This document shows positions 11,001-23,337 of a stretch of 64,000 bases of DNA, one piece after another. Under the pieces are notes generated by a model that did no database searches, was not told the DNA's origin, and saw only the letters and a list, made by a program, of their open reading frames with translations. The translations under genes and the position numbers were made by a program. The stretch is from Bugula neritina. Its lineage: Eukaryota > Animalia > Bryozoa. Within the stretch, counting starts at the first letter, position 1; every line of letters starts with the position of its first letter. The DNA lies in the NCBI GenBank assembly GCA_964035545.1, contig OZ037767.1, positions 17,543,781 to 17,607,780 on the forward strand, written 5' to 3'.

Positions 11001-13505
11001 AAGGAGAACATCGTCTACAACAGAGAGGCAATACTGCCTACAACATAGAACTACATTGTCTACAGCAGAGAACTACAGCGTCTACAACATAGAACTACAT
11101 CGTCTACAACATAGAACTACAGTGTCTACAGCAGAGAACTACATCGTCTACAACATAGAACTACAGTGTCTACAGCAGAGAACTACAGTGTCCACAACAT
11201 AGAACTACATCGTCTACAACATAGAACTACAGTGTCTACAGCAGAGAGACTACACTCTGCAACATAGAGAGCATGCTGTACTGTTAGAAGCAAATAGTAG
11301 ACATTATAGACAGAATTAGTATTTCCAGCAGTATATATATGCAACTCTTGAAAGTTAAATAATAACTTGATGAAATGTTAGATATCTGATAGCTGTGAAT
11401 GAATTTAAAGAAATCAGATCGCTGGGTTTAGAGGCTAAGATATTATATAGTCAGGTTTTGTAGTGTTAAGCTCCTATTGTTTTTTAAAAAATGAATAATG
11501 ATAAGAAAATTTCCAGTTTCGATATAAAAATTTCACCAAGTATTTGTTTCTTCCCACACCTTCATAATGACATCCAAGGTGGCGTAGTGGAGTAACTGAG
11601 CAAGCTGACAAGTCTCTCCAGACTCCACACATTTCTGTAGAGACTTGAGAAAGGAGTCTCCTGTAGAGTTGAAAGCGTCAGTGGCCAGCTGTAAATGGTT
11701 CCTGTGGAACATGGGATCCATGATCTTACGGTGCACGTACCACACGTCATGGTCGACAGCTGTTGCTAGTCCATCCCCCATACATCTACAGAGGAAGAGA
11801 TTACTATCTCATAGCTAGGTTTTGGTGCCAATCTTTGCTTCACAATAAAGCTTTACAAGTTTAAGTGTTTTGTGTTTAACCATAAAGCTACCCAAGCTAC
11901 TGGGGGATTTCTACAAAGGTTTATCAGCTGGCTCTATATATTACTAATATATTTCCAATAAATGAAACTGTAAATAGACAACCACATCACTAATCTACCA
12001 GACTTTCTTCCTATTAGCTAAAACAGGACTAGGGGCCTGTATTGGTACTACCAATTGTTGCAGCTTTTTGAAGTACACTGTACTAATTCAATATCATACT
12101 ACTTACTAATACATAGCAAACTTAATTTCTTACTTTATTACTACATTACATCAAAAGCTATTCTTAGCTAGCTGTGCTGTTACGATAATTCAATGTTCCT
12201 AGCACAGCACTGGTCAGTGTTTTCAAATTAAGCAGCTTCAGAGGAACATTTTTAACTTCCATCTTTTAACTAAAGGCTTACTACATCTGCTATTATATTA
12301 TACAAACACACAACTTTATACTCTAATATTTTATACTCTGGATCTAGACCACTGGTTTTGACATTTTGGATGACAAAAGATATCTTATATATGCATCAAT
12401 TTTGTAAGTCTCAGTAGCAAACCTGAAACAGTGCCTCTAGCGGTATTCTTTTAGTACATTAGTACTGAGCGTAATGTAAGCTCCAGATTCTACACACTGC
12501 ACTGCAGAGAGTCTATGGATGTATTTATGTTAGGAGAGACTGCTTCTATTAAGAGGTTAGCTTTGCTGGCTATATCTGAGAGAGCATTGCGACCCCTCAG
12601 ATATAGCTGCAAGTAACTAATTACTATCTCATCCAAAGAGGTATAATGTGCTCTCACCTCACTCCATATATGTACCGAGCTTTGAGTTTCTCAGACTTAG
12701 GAAATGCTTTAGGGTCAGTAGCTGTGAGTATTGTCTTTAGAATGGCTCTGTTTCTGGTCATTACCAGCACATTGTGCATCAGAAACAGCACGTAGGTGTC
12801 GCCATACTCCTCGAACCTGGTAGGAATCAAACAGCTGTTGAGACTTTGAGTTTGTCATGAATATTCTACCTACACATGGTACTATATCTCATCTAGATGT
12901 AATGGATATTTCACTGGCTCAGTGTAAAAACACTGTTTATGGCGAAGCTTAAGTTCTAGTAATGGGCTGTGGCATGTTTAGGAGGAGACTGCAGTACTCT
13001 CAAACTCCAGCTCTATGAATCTTTATACTCAAGTATTAATTAGTGCACTAAATGCTTCTTCTTACATGAGATTTTCACTACATAGCAAGACCTGTAGGTG
13101 ATGCTATCACAGTTGTATGTTTAACAAAAGTAAAATGCTGTAATAAAACTCACCACTTGTAGAACAACTCATATGACGATATTTTACTAGCATCTGGCTC
13201 TGCGCCAACGGGAGACCTGGTTGCCTTCGCAATCTCCAGTGTATTTCCAAAGAAGAAACTGCAAACCCAAAATTATTACAGCAGCATTATTAAAAACAGT
13301 TTTGCAATTAATTCAATTCAAAAAATACATCAACTTTTTCTACCAGCTGCTGAATTATTCCAACTCACCTGGTTCTCTTAGGTCCAGGTAGATGGTCATA
13401 CTTGGCATGAACTAGTAGCAGTAGAATTACAAAGTAGCCAAATGTGACAGCTAGTAGAGTGACAAACAGAGCACCAGCGAGTGATACAGCTGTCACTAAA
13501 TCCAT
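8041..13505 (-). CDS. CYP46A1-like: Cytochrome P450, CYP46A1-like (cholesterol 24-hydroxylase clan), paralog 1
   Basis: ATG at 13505, N-terminal TM anchor then KYDHLPGP. I-helix AGMETSANTLAF, K-helix KESLR, heme motif FSLGARNCVGQVFAQ|MEMKV. Stop at 8041-8043. Confidence 0.88.
8180..8425 (-). repeat. 18-bp acceptor array, ~14 copies
   Basis: Sense unit ACAGATACTGTGTTGCAG abuts the last exon of CYP paralog 1. Confidence 0.92.
11009..11265 (-). repeat. 21-bp acceptor plus exon-start array, ~11 copies
   Basis: Sense unit TAGTTCTATGTTGTAG|ACGATG. The real exon begins ACGATGTTC at 11014. Confidence 0.88.
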
Positions 13506-14052
13506 GCTGAACACAGCAGCAGCTTCTACTCAGCTAACAGTGAGAGCCGGCTGCAGGCAGCATTCATTAATCAATACAGAAGAACAATGAGTTCCCAGGT
13601 GCCACACAGCACAGCTTATATAACCTCAATGATTAGGGTCATATGGGTCAATAACTGTGACATTGTTCAATGATGACAGCTTTGTTATGCGGGATTAGTG
13701 TTGGTATTGTGTCAAAACAAGTTTATAAAAGCAATTCAGCTCAAGTTTGTATCCCTATAGTTGCTATATTGGGTTAACACGCAGCTTATGTTAGTATTTC
13801 ATGCCAAAGATGTCAGATTATCTAATAAGTCCTACTTTTACACGCCCATCACATTTTTACAAAACACAAAGTTTAGAGAGAGTACCTTTAGAGAACAAAC
13901 AGCACACACGCACGCACACACGCACACACATTATAATATTATGTATATGCGTGTGTAAGCATATTGACAATTAAGGGAGTCACTTATTATTCTAGTAAGA
14001 AAGGCAAAGGGTTAAAGTTCATAGATCCCACTGTCCGAAATCAGATTAAATA

Positions 14053-14233
14053 TATCGAATGGTTTTATAAGCGGCTCCAACTTGGGAATGACTTAGTGCA
14101 GTAGTTTACGGTTCTTGAGTTTGGAGTTGGGTTTATCGAGACCCCCCCAACTCCAAACTCAAGATTTGCAAACTAAAACTAACGCACTGAATCACCCCCA
14201 CCTCGAAGTTGCCTATAAAACAGTTCGCTAATA
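14053..14233. repeat. ~180-bp imperfect inverted repeat (foldback, MITE-like)
   Basis: Perfect 19-bp inner arms TCTTGAGTTTGGAGTTGGG / CCCAACTCCAAACTCAAGA. Degenerate pairing continues out to GTTTTATA / TATAAAAC. Confidence 0.75.
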
Positions 14234-15769
14234 CTAATAGTGATAGATACTTATAGTTATACTGCCACTCTGTAGTCATTTTGTTTTGCACCAACTTATA
14301 ATTATAGTAATTGTAGAAGTGACTCAAATCTATATGATTGGTTATTTACTTATTAGTTATTTCCATTCAACGTAAAGCTATTAGTATTACTATAGTATTA
14401 CTATTACTATTACTATTAGTAGTATTTATTTTAGTGATAGTCTAAGAGTTAGAGTAACTGTAAGTCTTAACCTTATCACTATGAGTATTTTTTTTTTTTT
14501 TTTTCTCTCCTAGCAGTAGCTAGATATTGAGCTTTGAATCAAAGCATAATTAACTATATTCTTATCTCGTAGACAAAATGGTTTTCTTCCTTACTACTGA
14601 TAATCTAAACAATTGTTCATACACCACTGCATCTCGATAAAGGACTAGGAGCCAAAGCGCTCCGAGTGAGATTAATTAGATGAGATGAGATGAGATGACT
14701 ATCACTATGGTGTCAGTATCAGTATGACTATAAGTATAACTATAAGTATTGCTATTAGTATTAGATTGAGATCCACTTTGACTTTCAGTTGATCAAATCA
14801 TCAATTTTAAATTTATTAATAAAATAAAAATTGAATTAAAATGACATAAGCATCAAATTAATGTTTATGTTATCCTAATCTTATATTGAATTCGATAATT
14901 ACAAGAATTATAGTGAAATTATATTTACCTATACTGCCATAGGTATAGTTAAATAAGCCACTGGCTTTCTTCTCTTAGCTCACTCTTTCATGTCAGGAAG
15001 AGTGAATTCAGGTAAGTACGTACAGTTATACTTATAGTTATAGTACTAGTACTAGTAGGCAATGCTAATAGTAATACTAATACTAATAGAAATAGTAATA
15101 CTAATACTAATAGTAATAGTAATATTATTAGTAATACTATTGCATTGGTATTAGTAACAGTATTATTATTACTATTAGACCTAGTTATAGTAATTTAAAA
15201 CTAAATCAAGATGTGATAGACCATTACTGATTAGCCCACTCATAGTCATTACATTTACTCATAGTGATTGCGATACTCATACTCATACTGTAACGATGAC
15301 TGATCTACTGGTTCGAAAGTGTAAGTTTAATCTGTAAACAAGTTTTACTAAGTAAGATTTGGTAGTATGAAATTGATTATTACCATAATCTTTAAGTGTG
15401 ATGAGCAGTATCACAGTTATGGTCGAAGTATCCTCTTTAAGACTAATGATAATCATAGTCATAATGAATCTAATATTATGACGGAAATCATATACATAAT
15501 GATGCTGATAGTAATATTAATAATTATAATCATAATAATATTGTAATCATAAAGTAATGATCATAATGATAGTATTAATGGTTATGACTGCAGACTATTG
15601 CACAAGTAGATGAATATTTAAATGTTGAATTCTGTGAACAGAGTTACAATTATACCACTTCTTGTACCAATACCTCAGACTATAATCATACTTATTGTTA
15701 GCTGAAATACTGAACTTAATACTAAATAAAGTTTGAGTGCTGTAGTATTGAGTTTACCCAGTAGTCCCT

Positions 15770-15842
15770 GTGCCCAGTGGTGTAATGGTTAGCACACCTG
15801 CTAGCAAGCCGGTGGTTTTGGGTTCGAATCCCAGTGGTAGCA
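15770..15842 (+). pseudogene. tRNA-like relic (tRNA pseudogene or head of a second SINE family; possible AGC anticodon)
   Basis: A box TGGTGTAATGG, D arm GTGT/GCAC and T arm TGGG-TTCGAAT-CCCA are present. Acceptor and anticodon stems are mismatched. Confidence 0.55.
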
Positions 15843-15887
15843 AAAGTTTTATAATGGCATATTATTGGAATATTTTAACTTATTGCT

Positions 15888-16313
15888 TTCTGTTCACATG
15901 TATACTCTCTGTTCACATGTATACTCTCTGTTCACATGTATACTCTCTGTTCACATATGTATACTCTCTGTTCACATGTATACTCTCTGTTCACATGTAT
16001 ACTCTCTGTTTACACGTATACTCTCTGTTCACACGTATACTCTCTGTTTACACGTATACTCTCTGTTCACACGTATACTCTCTGTTCACACGTATACTCT
16101 CTGTTTACACGTATACTCTCTGTTCACACGTATACTCTCTGTTCACATGTATACTCTCTGTTTACACGTATACTCTCTGTTTACACGTATACTCTCTGTT
16201 CACACGTATACTCTCTGTTTACACGTATACTCTCTGTTCACACGTATACTCTCTGTTCACACGTATACTCTCTGTTCACATGTATACTCTCTGTTCACAT
16301 ATATACTCTCTGT
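15888..16313. repeat. 20-bp minisatellite, ~21 copies, upstream of the CYP paralog 2 ATG
   Basis: Unit GTATACTCTCTGTT(C/T)ACA(C/T). Confidence 0.95.
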
Positions 16314-16350
16314 AATGACTACCATCTGGTTGTAGAACTGAGCTACTATC

Positions 16351-19300
16351 ATGGATTTAGTGACAGCTGTATCACTCGCTGGTGCTCTGTTGGTCACTCT
16401 ACTAGCTGTCACATTTGGCTACTTTGTAATTCTACTGCTACTAGTTCATGCTAAGTACGACCATCTACCTGGACCTAAGAGAACCAGGTGAGAGAGTTTT
16501 CTTGGAGTAATTTCGAATGAATATTTTGTAACATTATTTCAAGTTGATGTTTACTGTGTGTTGTAGCTTTGTTCTGGGAAATGTCACAGAACTTCGGGCG
16601 TCCACTAGGAGCCCCCAAGACGCTATCAAGCTACCCAAAGATCACACGAATATGAAGCCTCTCTCATATGTAAAGTTTAGCCAATGGTAGTGTATTTATC
16701 ATGCTGCAGTATAGATTGTCACATGTAATATATATTACTAGCTATTATATAATACTACTAGCTGTAATATATTACTGGTGGTGATGCATTGTGGGACAGG
16801 TTCAAAGAGCACGGCGACACGTTTGTTCTCTTCTTCTTGCACCGAGCTATAGTCCTGACCAGAAACAGAGAGTTGCTCAAACTTATCTTTGTCAGTGGTG
16901 ACCCCAAGGACTTCCCCAAGACGGAGGCTATCAAAGTGCGCTACATTTACGGCCAAAGGTGCTCAGGCTATGTTTACTCAGTCTAAGTTTTCTAGTCAAG
17001 TTTATTACTTGCAGTTCAATATACTGAAGAGAAAATGTAGATCCTGTTTCAATGTTGGTTTGTTGTTACTAGATGTGTCTTTGTGGGTATGTCTGTGTCC
17101 TTGTGGGTATGTCTGTGTGTGTTTCACCGTTACATACATATGCACTGTCTGTAGATATCTTGGCGAGGGGTTGGCCACGGCGGTAGACCACGATGCCTGG
17201 TACATCAGACGTAAAGTGGTGGATCCAATGTTCCACAGGAACCAGCTACAGAACTCTATCAGTTCCTTCAACTCCACTGCTGATGAGTTTGTTAAGGAGT
17301 TGCAGGAGTATGCGGAGTCTGGGGAGATCTGTCAACTCTCCGGACTGTTTCACCGTGCCACTCTGGATGTTATCATGAAGGTCTGCGGCTGCTAATGTTA
17401 TCACATCTGCAGTTAGCCACTGTTCGCGCTATCTGATATTTAGACTGTCAACCAACTGCTGCAGATTGTTTCATGTTATCTGCAGATTTGTCTCTCTTGC
17501 AGACGATGTTCTCGATGGAGTCAGCTGACTTGAGCACAGAGTTCCACAGACTGGCCGTGGAGTTCGTCACCAAGAGCTTCTCTGCCGTCCAGTTAAGTGG
17601 AATTCCACTGATGGAAGTAAGCAAGGGGCTCATTCTTGACTCTTTCAAATAATGTGGTAGAAGATATTGAGTCTTTTTAAAATGGCTGCTTTGAGTATAC
17701 TGAAATGCCTGCCACAGTATTTCAAAGCTAAAAATAGAACATTATATATATTTCATTTGAAACATATTTTGATAAAATGTTCCAAATTTATGACAATTTG
17801 TAGTTTTGGATTTTTTTATAGTTTGATGATCTGACACATGGCTTGTGTGACACTTACAGTATAAACTGACACATAACTGTTGATATTTTCAGTATAAACT
17901 GACACATAACTGTTGACACTTTGAGTATAAACTGACACATAACTGTTGATATTTTGAGTATAAACTGACACATAACTGTTGATATTTTCAGTATAAACTG
18001 ACACATAACTGTTGATATTTTCAGTATAAACTGACACATAACTGTTGATATTTTCAGTATAAACTGACACATAACTGTTGATACTTTGAGTATAAACTGA
18101 CACGTAACTGTTGATACTTTCAGTACAATCCCATGTTCTACAAACACAGAAGAGACACCCGTAACCTTCTACAATCATTCCGAGCCGTTGGAGCTCGGTT
18201 TATATCTGCCAGATTAGAGGCTGTTGTGAAGGAAGAGGAAGTGCCCAATGATCTCCTCACAGCCATGGTTAGAGCTCATTGTAAGTTATGAAATTTTCAC
18301 GGGGAGAACTTAATAAAACCCGGTATTGTGTTTACACTTTCCTTTTCGGTCAGAGTCTCCTGCTAAAGATAAGAAAGTTTCCTTCACACTAAAGAATTAG
18401 TTGTTCATCTAATATGGATGGCTGAAGGGGCAATATGAATAATCCTATAGATCAACGAGTAACCTATATACTCATTTCCCATTCTCTGTGAAAAAGAAGT
18501 TGATGATGTCATATCCTGTGAGTCATTGTCTAGCCTCAACTCTTGTTATCTTTCAGTGGATCCCTCAAGAGGATACGACTTCGAGACGCTGATAGATGAG
18601 TTTGTCACCGTGATTATTGCGGGGATGGAGACCACGTCTAGTACCCTCGGCTTTATATTCCTGGAACTCGGGCGTCGGCCTGACCTATTAACTCGGTGAG
18701 TAATATAATATGACTGTAGGTTAGTAATATAATATGACTGTATGTTAGTAATATAATATGACTGTATGTTAGTAATATAATATGACTGTATGTTAGTAAT
18801 ATAATATGAGTGTAGGTTAGTAATATAATATGACTGTAGGTTAGTAATATAATATGACTGTATGTTAGTAATATAATATGACTGTAGGTTAATAATATAA
18901 TATGACTGTAGGTTAGTAATATAATATGACTGTAGATTAGTAATATAATATGACTAGGTTAGTAACAGAAGTAGACGAAGTAGTTGGTCAGAAGTCTTTC
19001 ATATCTAATGAAGACATAACTAGATTAAGTTTCACATCCATGCTGATCAAAGAGACACTGAGACAGTACTCTACCGCCCCGGGGATACTTAGACAATGCC
19101 GTAAAGAAACTACAGTCGGTGGTGTGAGAATCCCTGCCGATAGTACACTCATTGTGAGTTGTCTTTCCATCACTCTACTCTACACTCTACTACCTTTCTA
19201 TTACTCTACTCTACTACTTTTCTATTACTCTACTCTACACTCTACTACCTTTCTATTACTCTACTCTACTACCTTTCTATTACTCTACTCTACACTCTAC

Positions 19301-21165
19301 TACCTTTCTATTACTCTACTCTACTACCTTTCTATTACTCTACTCTACACTCTACTACCTTTCTATTACTCTACTCTACTACCTTTCTATTACTCTACAC
19401 TCTACTACCTTTCTACTACTCTACTCTACTACCTTTCTATTACTCTACTCTACTACCTTTCTATTACTCTACTCTACTACCTTTCTATTACTCTACTCTA
19501 CTACCTTTCTATTACTCTACTCTACTACCTTTCTATCACTCTACTCTACTTACTAGAACTTGTTCCAGGTGCATATACTAGGAGCCAACAATGATGAGAA
19601 GTACATTGAGAATCCTGAAGTATTTAATCCGGACAGATTTGATCCTCTCTCTGAGACCAGGTTGGTTCTGTGGAACATCGAGCTTAGTGAACCAGTTCTA
19701 AATAGTACAGTGTATAATATAGTGTAATATTATACGTTATATAGTATTACACTATATGTTATATAGTAATACACTATACATTATATAGTAATATACTAAA
19801 CATTATATAGTAATATAAAATCATAGTATTATATTATACGTTATACTATACATTATACTATACGTTATACTATGCATTATCCTATACGTTATACTATGCA
19901 TTATCCTATACGTTATACTATATATTACACTATTCATTATACTATACATTATACTATACATTATACTATACATTATACTATACATTATACTATACATTAT
20001 ACTATACGTTATACTATACATTATACTATACATTATACTATACATTATACTATACATTATACTATACATTATACTATGCGTTACACTATACGTTACACTA
20101 TACGTTATACTATACGTTATACTATACATTATACTATATGTTATACTATACATTATACTATACATTATACTATACGTTACACTATACGTTACACTATACA
20201 TTATACTATACATTATACTATACATTATACTATACGTTACACTATACATTATACTATACATTATACTATACATTATACTATACATTATACTATACATTAT
20301 ACTATACGTTATACTATACGTTATACTATACGTTATACTATACGTTACACTATACGTTACACTATACATTATACTATACATTATACTATACGTTATACTA
20401 TACGTTACACTATACATTACACTATACATTATACTATACATTATACTATACATTATACTATACATTATACTATACATTATACTATACATTATACTATACG
20501 TTACACTATACATTATACTATACATTATACTATACGTTACACTATACGTTACACTATACATTATACTATACATTACACTATACATTATACTATACATTAC
20601 ACTATACATTACACTATACATTACACTATACATTATACTATACATTATACTATACGTTATACTATACGTTATACTATACGTTATACTATACATTATACTA
20701 TAGACTGTCATGTTTCAGAGTGTCGCTCTTCTCTTTCCTCTCCTTCTCTCTCGGTCCACGGAACTGTGTTGGTCAGGTATTTGCTCAGGTGAGTCTAGCT
20801 GACTTCTTATCATCCTCCATGTGTTGACCAGAGTACCAGGTGAATTACTGGCTAGCTTGTATCTCTTTATACTTATATATTATGTATTTATATCTTACTT
20901 ATGGATTTAAGTTTCTAATTAAATGATATGATATCTGTATATTTTTCTCAATGTCTATACATAGACATTGATGACTACTGCTAAGCTGTTTCTAGCTATC
21001 AAACACGCTGCTACATTTGTTCTGTAGATGGAGATGAAAGTTATGATAGCTAAATTTTTTCAACATTACAATTTCCGTCTGGACGAATCAGAAACTTTCC
21101 ATCTTGGACAAAGAGCGACGTTGTTTGCACTGAGTGGAGTCAAATCTACCATACAAGCCAGATAA
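16351..21165 (+). CDS. CYP46A1-like: Cytochrome P450, CYP46A1-like, paralog 2 (head-to-head with paralog 1)
   Basis: ATG at 16351. AGMETTSSTLGF, KETLR, FNPDRF, FSLGPRNCVGQVFAQ|MEMKV. Stop TAA at 21163-21165. Confidence 0.88.
17856..18125 (+). repeat. 33-bp branch-point plus acceptor array, 8 copies
   Basis: Unit TATAAACTGACACATAACTGTTGATATTTT(C/G)AG. The real exon starts at 18124. Confidence 0.92.
18696..18965 (+). repeat. 24-bp GT...AG unit array forming the entire intron (11 units)
   Basis: Unit GTTAGTAATATAATATGACTGTA(G/T). Intron 18696-18957 is 10x24+22 nt. Confidence 0.95.
19165..19550. repeat. 24-bp pyrimidine-rich minisatellite
   Basis: Unit TACTACCTTTCTATTACTCTACTC. Confidence 0.92.
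19730..20702. repeat. 12-bp satellite, ~1 kb
   Basis: Unit TATAC(A/G)TTA(T/C)AC. Confidence 0.95.
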
Positions 21166-21425
21166 TGTCACCTGCCATATCTCTCATACAAGCCACCTGA
21201 TGTCACCTGCCATGTCTGTCATACAAACCACCTAATGTCACCTGCCATGTCTGTCATACAAGCCACCTGATATGTCACCTGCCATGTCTGTCATACAAGT
21301 TACCTGATGTCACCTGCCATGTCTGTCATACAAGCCACCTGATGTCACCTGCCATGTCTGTCATACAAACCACCTAATGTCACCTGCCATGTCTGTCATA
21401 CAAGCCAGATGATGTCACCTGCCAT
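21149..21425 (+). repeat. 35-bp repeat beginning in the last codons and stop of CYP paralog 2, ~8 copies
   Basis: CATACAAGCCAGATAATGTCACCTGCCAT recurs as CATACAAGCCACCTGATGTCACCTGCCATGTCTGT. Confidence 0.9.
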
Positions 21426-21740
21426 TGCATATTTATTATACAAGCTAGATGACCTTACACTCCCAACCAGGTATAGTCTGGTAATTCCCTCAATATCAGG
21501 TTACTTAGTTTATAATATTGTCATTATTTATCTTATTGTTATATATTTACCCATCACCGGTTGTTTAATTCACAGAAGATTCATGGTTGATACGGTTCTA
21601 TTTTTTATTTTTATTTCTTATACATTTTATTTGTTGAATGATTTGTAAATACAGAATTGCAGGAACTATAACATATAACACTATAAACTATTCACTATAT
21701 CCTGTATTTATTAACAGACAAAGTGCAGTGCAACATAATA

Positions 21741-21950
21741 ACTCACGCAAGTTTACAGTCACTATCCCTATGAGAAACCCCTGATAGAAAGAGTTTTTGT
21801 TAAATCGGGCTAAGGACTTATTTAAATGAGGCACAGGAGCAATTATGACAGGATGCTCTTCCTAACATCACCAATGTCCTTTGTCAGGGCTCGAACCCAT
21901 GACCTTCGCGTTTACTAGGCAAACACTCTAACCCCTAGACCACAGCTGCA
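21741..21950 (-). mobile_element. tRNA-derived SINE, copy 2, between the CYP paralog 2 and NCX 3' ends
   Basis: The reverse complement aligns along its length with 5879-6096, sharing GGGTTCGAGCCCTGACAAAGG, GGTGATGTTAGGAAGAGCATCC and AAGTCCTTAGCCCGATTTAACAAAAACTC. Confidence 0.8.
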
Positions 21951-22946
21951 CTGCAACATAATATTTATGAATTATTTAATACAAACCTAAGTTTAGTAAC
22001 AATTAAGTATGCTATCTGGTCCTGTAGAAATCCATGCTTCACCTTGGCTCTACCAAGTGTCAACTGTTCTTGTGTGGTTTATATTAATTATAACTACTAC
22101 AGTGAACTAGCTTTAATTCTCATTGATGCTTATTTTTGTTACTTTCCAATGCACCTCTACATGAAACTGAAATAACCAAAATAGCATCCTCCAGGTTTCA
22201 AACTATAACTTAATAGTACATAACATACCAAGTGACACTGTGGCATGTGAGAAAAATACAATGTAATGGTTAAATGTCGACACCACCAACAGCATCCGTT
22301 GACAGATGCGTGCTCTGTGTGTCATCAGATGTTCTGTATAAGATGTTGAATACAATCAATACAATTACGGGCTTTCCTCTGTGTCTGTTTGTAATATGAT
22401 GTAATGCACTATATCGTATTGTATTAGATATTATATCATTGCATATCATATCGTATAGTATATATATAATGCATTATAAGTATCGTGTTATATCATATCA
22501 TATCGTATAGTATATATATTGCATTATAAGTATCGTGTTATATCAACAGGTAAACTGATACAGACCATCACACTGAAGGATCTCGGAGTGAGTGACTGGA
22601 TAAATGACATGGCTGTGTACAAAGGGAAGCTGTTTCTGGGAGGATGTTATGGTGGTGTCAAAAGATGCTCTATAAAATACTGACCTCAACTGCCTACGTA
22701 CCCGTTTTAATATGGGGGTTAGTTGCAATCTCCGCACTAAATTATTTTTTTCTAAGAACTATTTCTTGGGCGCAGACTATTTGAAGTATCTTCTAGGTTG
22801 TGCCTGTCGCTTTACACCTGCTCTATTCAAGTTCTCTGGACGATGGAACTTAATTTATTGTATCGATTTACTTTGCTGTGATCTGAGTGTAGAATTTTTA
22901 TGTTATTTAAAATAGTGAACGGAATAATTAAAAACGACACATTGTT

Positions 22947-23337
22947 TGTGAGTTCAGCATGTGACACATCAGCAAGTGTGTGAGTTCAGCATGTGACACA
23001 TCAGCGAGTGTGTGAGTTCAGCATGTGACACATCAGCAAGTGTGTGAGTTCAGCATGTGACACATCAGCGAGTGTGTGAGTTCAGCATGTGACACATCAG
23101 CAAGTGTGTGAGTTCAGCATGTGACACATCAGCAAGTGTGTGAGTTCAGCATGTGACACATCAGCGAGTGTGTGAGTTCAGCATGTGACACATCAGCAAG
23201 TGTGTGAGTTCAGCATGTGACACATCAGCAAGTGTGTGAGTTCAGCATGTGACACATCAGCAAGTGTGTGAGTTCAGCATGTGACACATCAGCAAGTGTG
23301 TGAGTTCAGCATGTGACACATCAGCGAGTTTGTGAGT
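22947..23337. repeat. 32-bp minisatellite, 12 copies
   Basis: Unit GTGAGTTCAGCATGTGACACATCAGC(A/G)AGTGT. Confidence 0.95.

Noticed and set aside
15770-15842. Functional tRNA gene
   Set aside because: The acceptor and anticodon stems do not pair properly, so it is kept as a relic only.
19821-20827. Long ORFs such as (YSIM)n and (HYTI)n, and similar ORFs at 1654, 15770-16454, 24605-26114, 29062, 31736, 32387-34002, 41197, 45825-46459, 53266 and 55863-56801
   Set aside because: They are translations of stop-poor tandem repeats lying in introns or non-coding flanks of recognisable genes, open in several frames and strands, with no independent coding evidence.
22947-23337. Regular 30-35-bp repeats resembling CRISPR arrays (also 27142 and 29052)
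   Set aside because: The units are head-to-tail with no unique spacers, there are no cas genes, and the context is eukaryotic.
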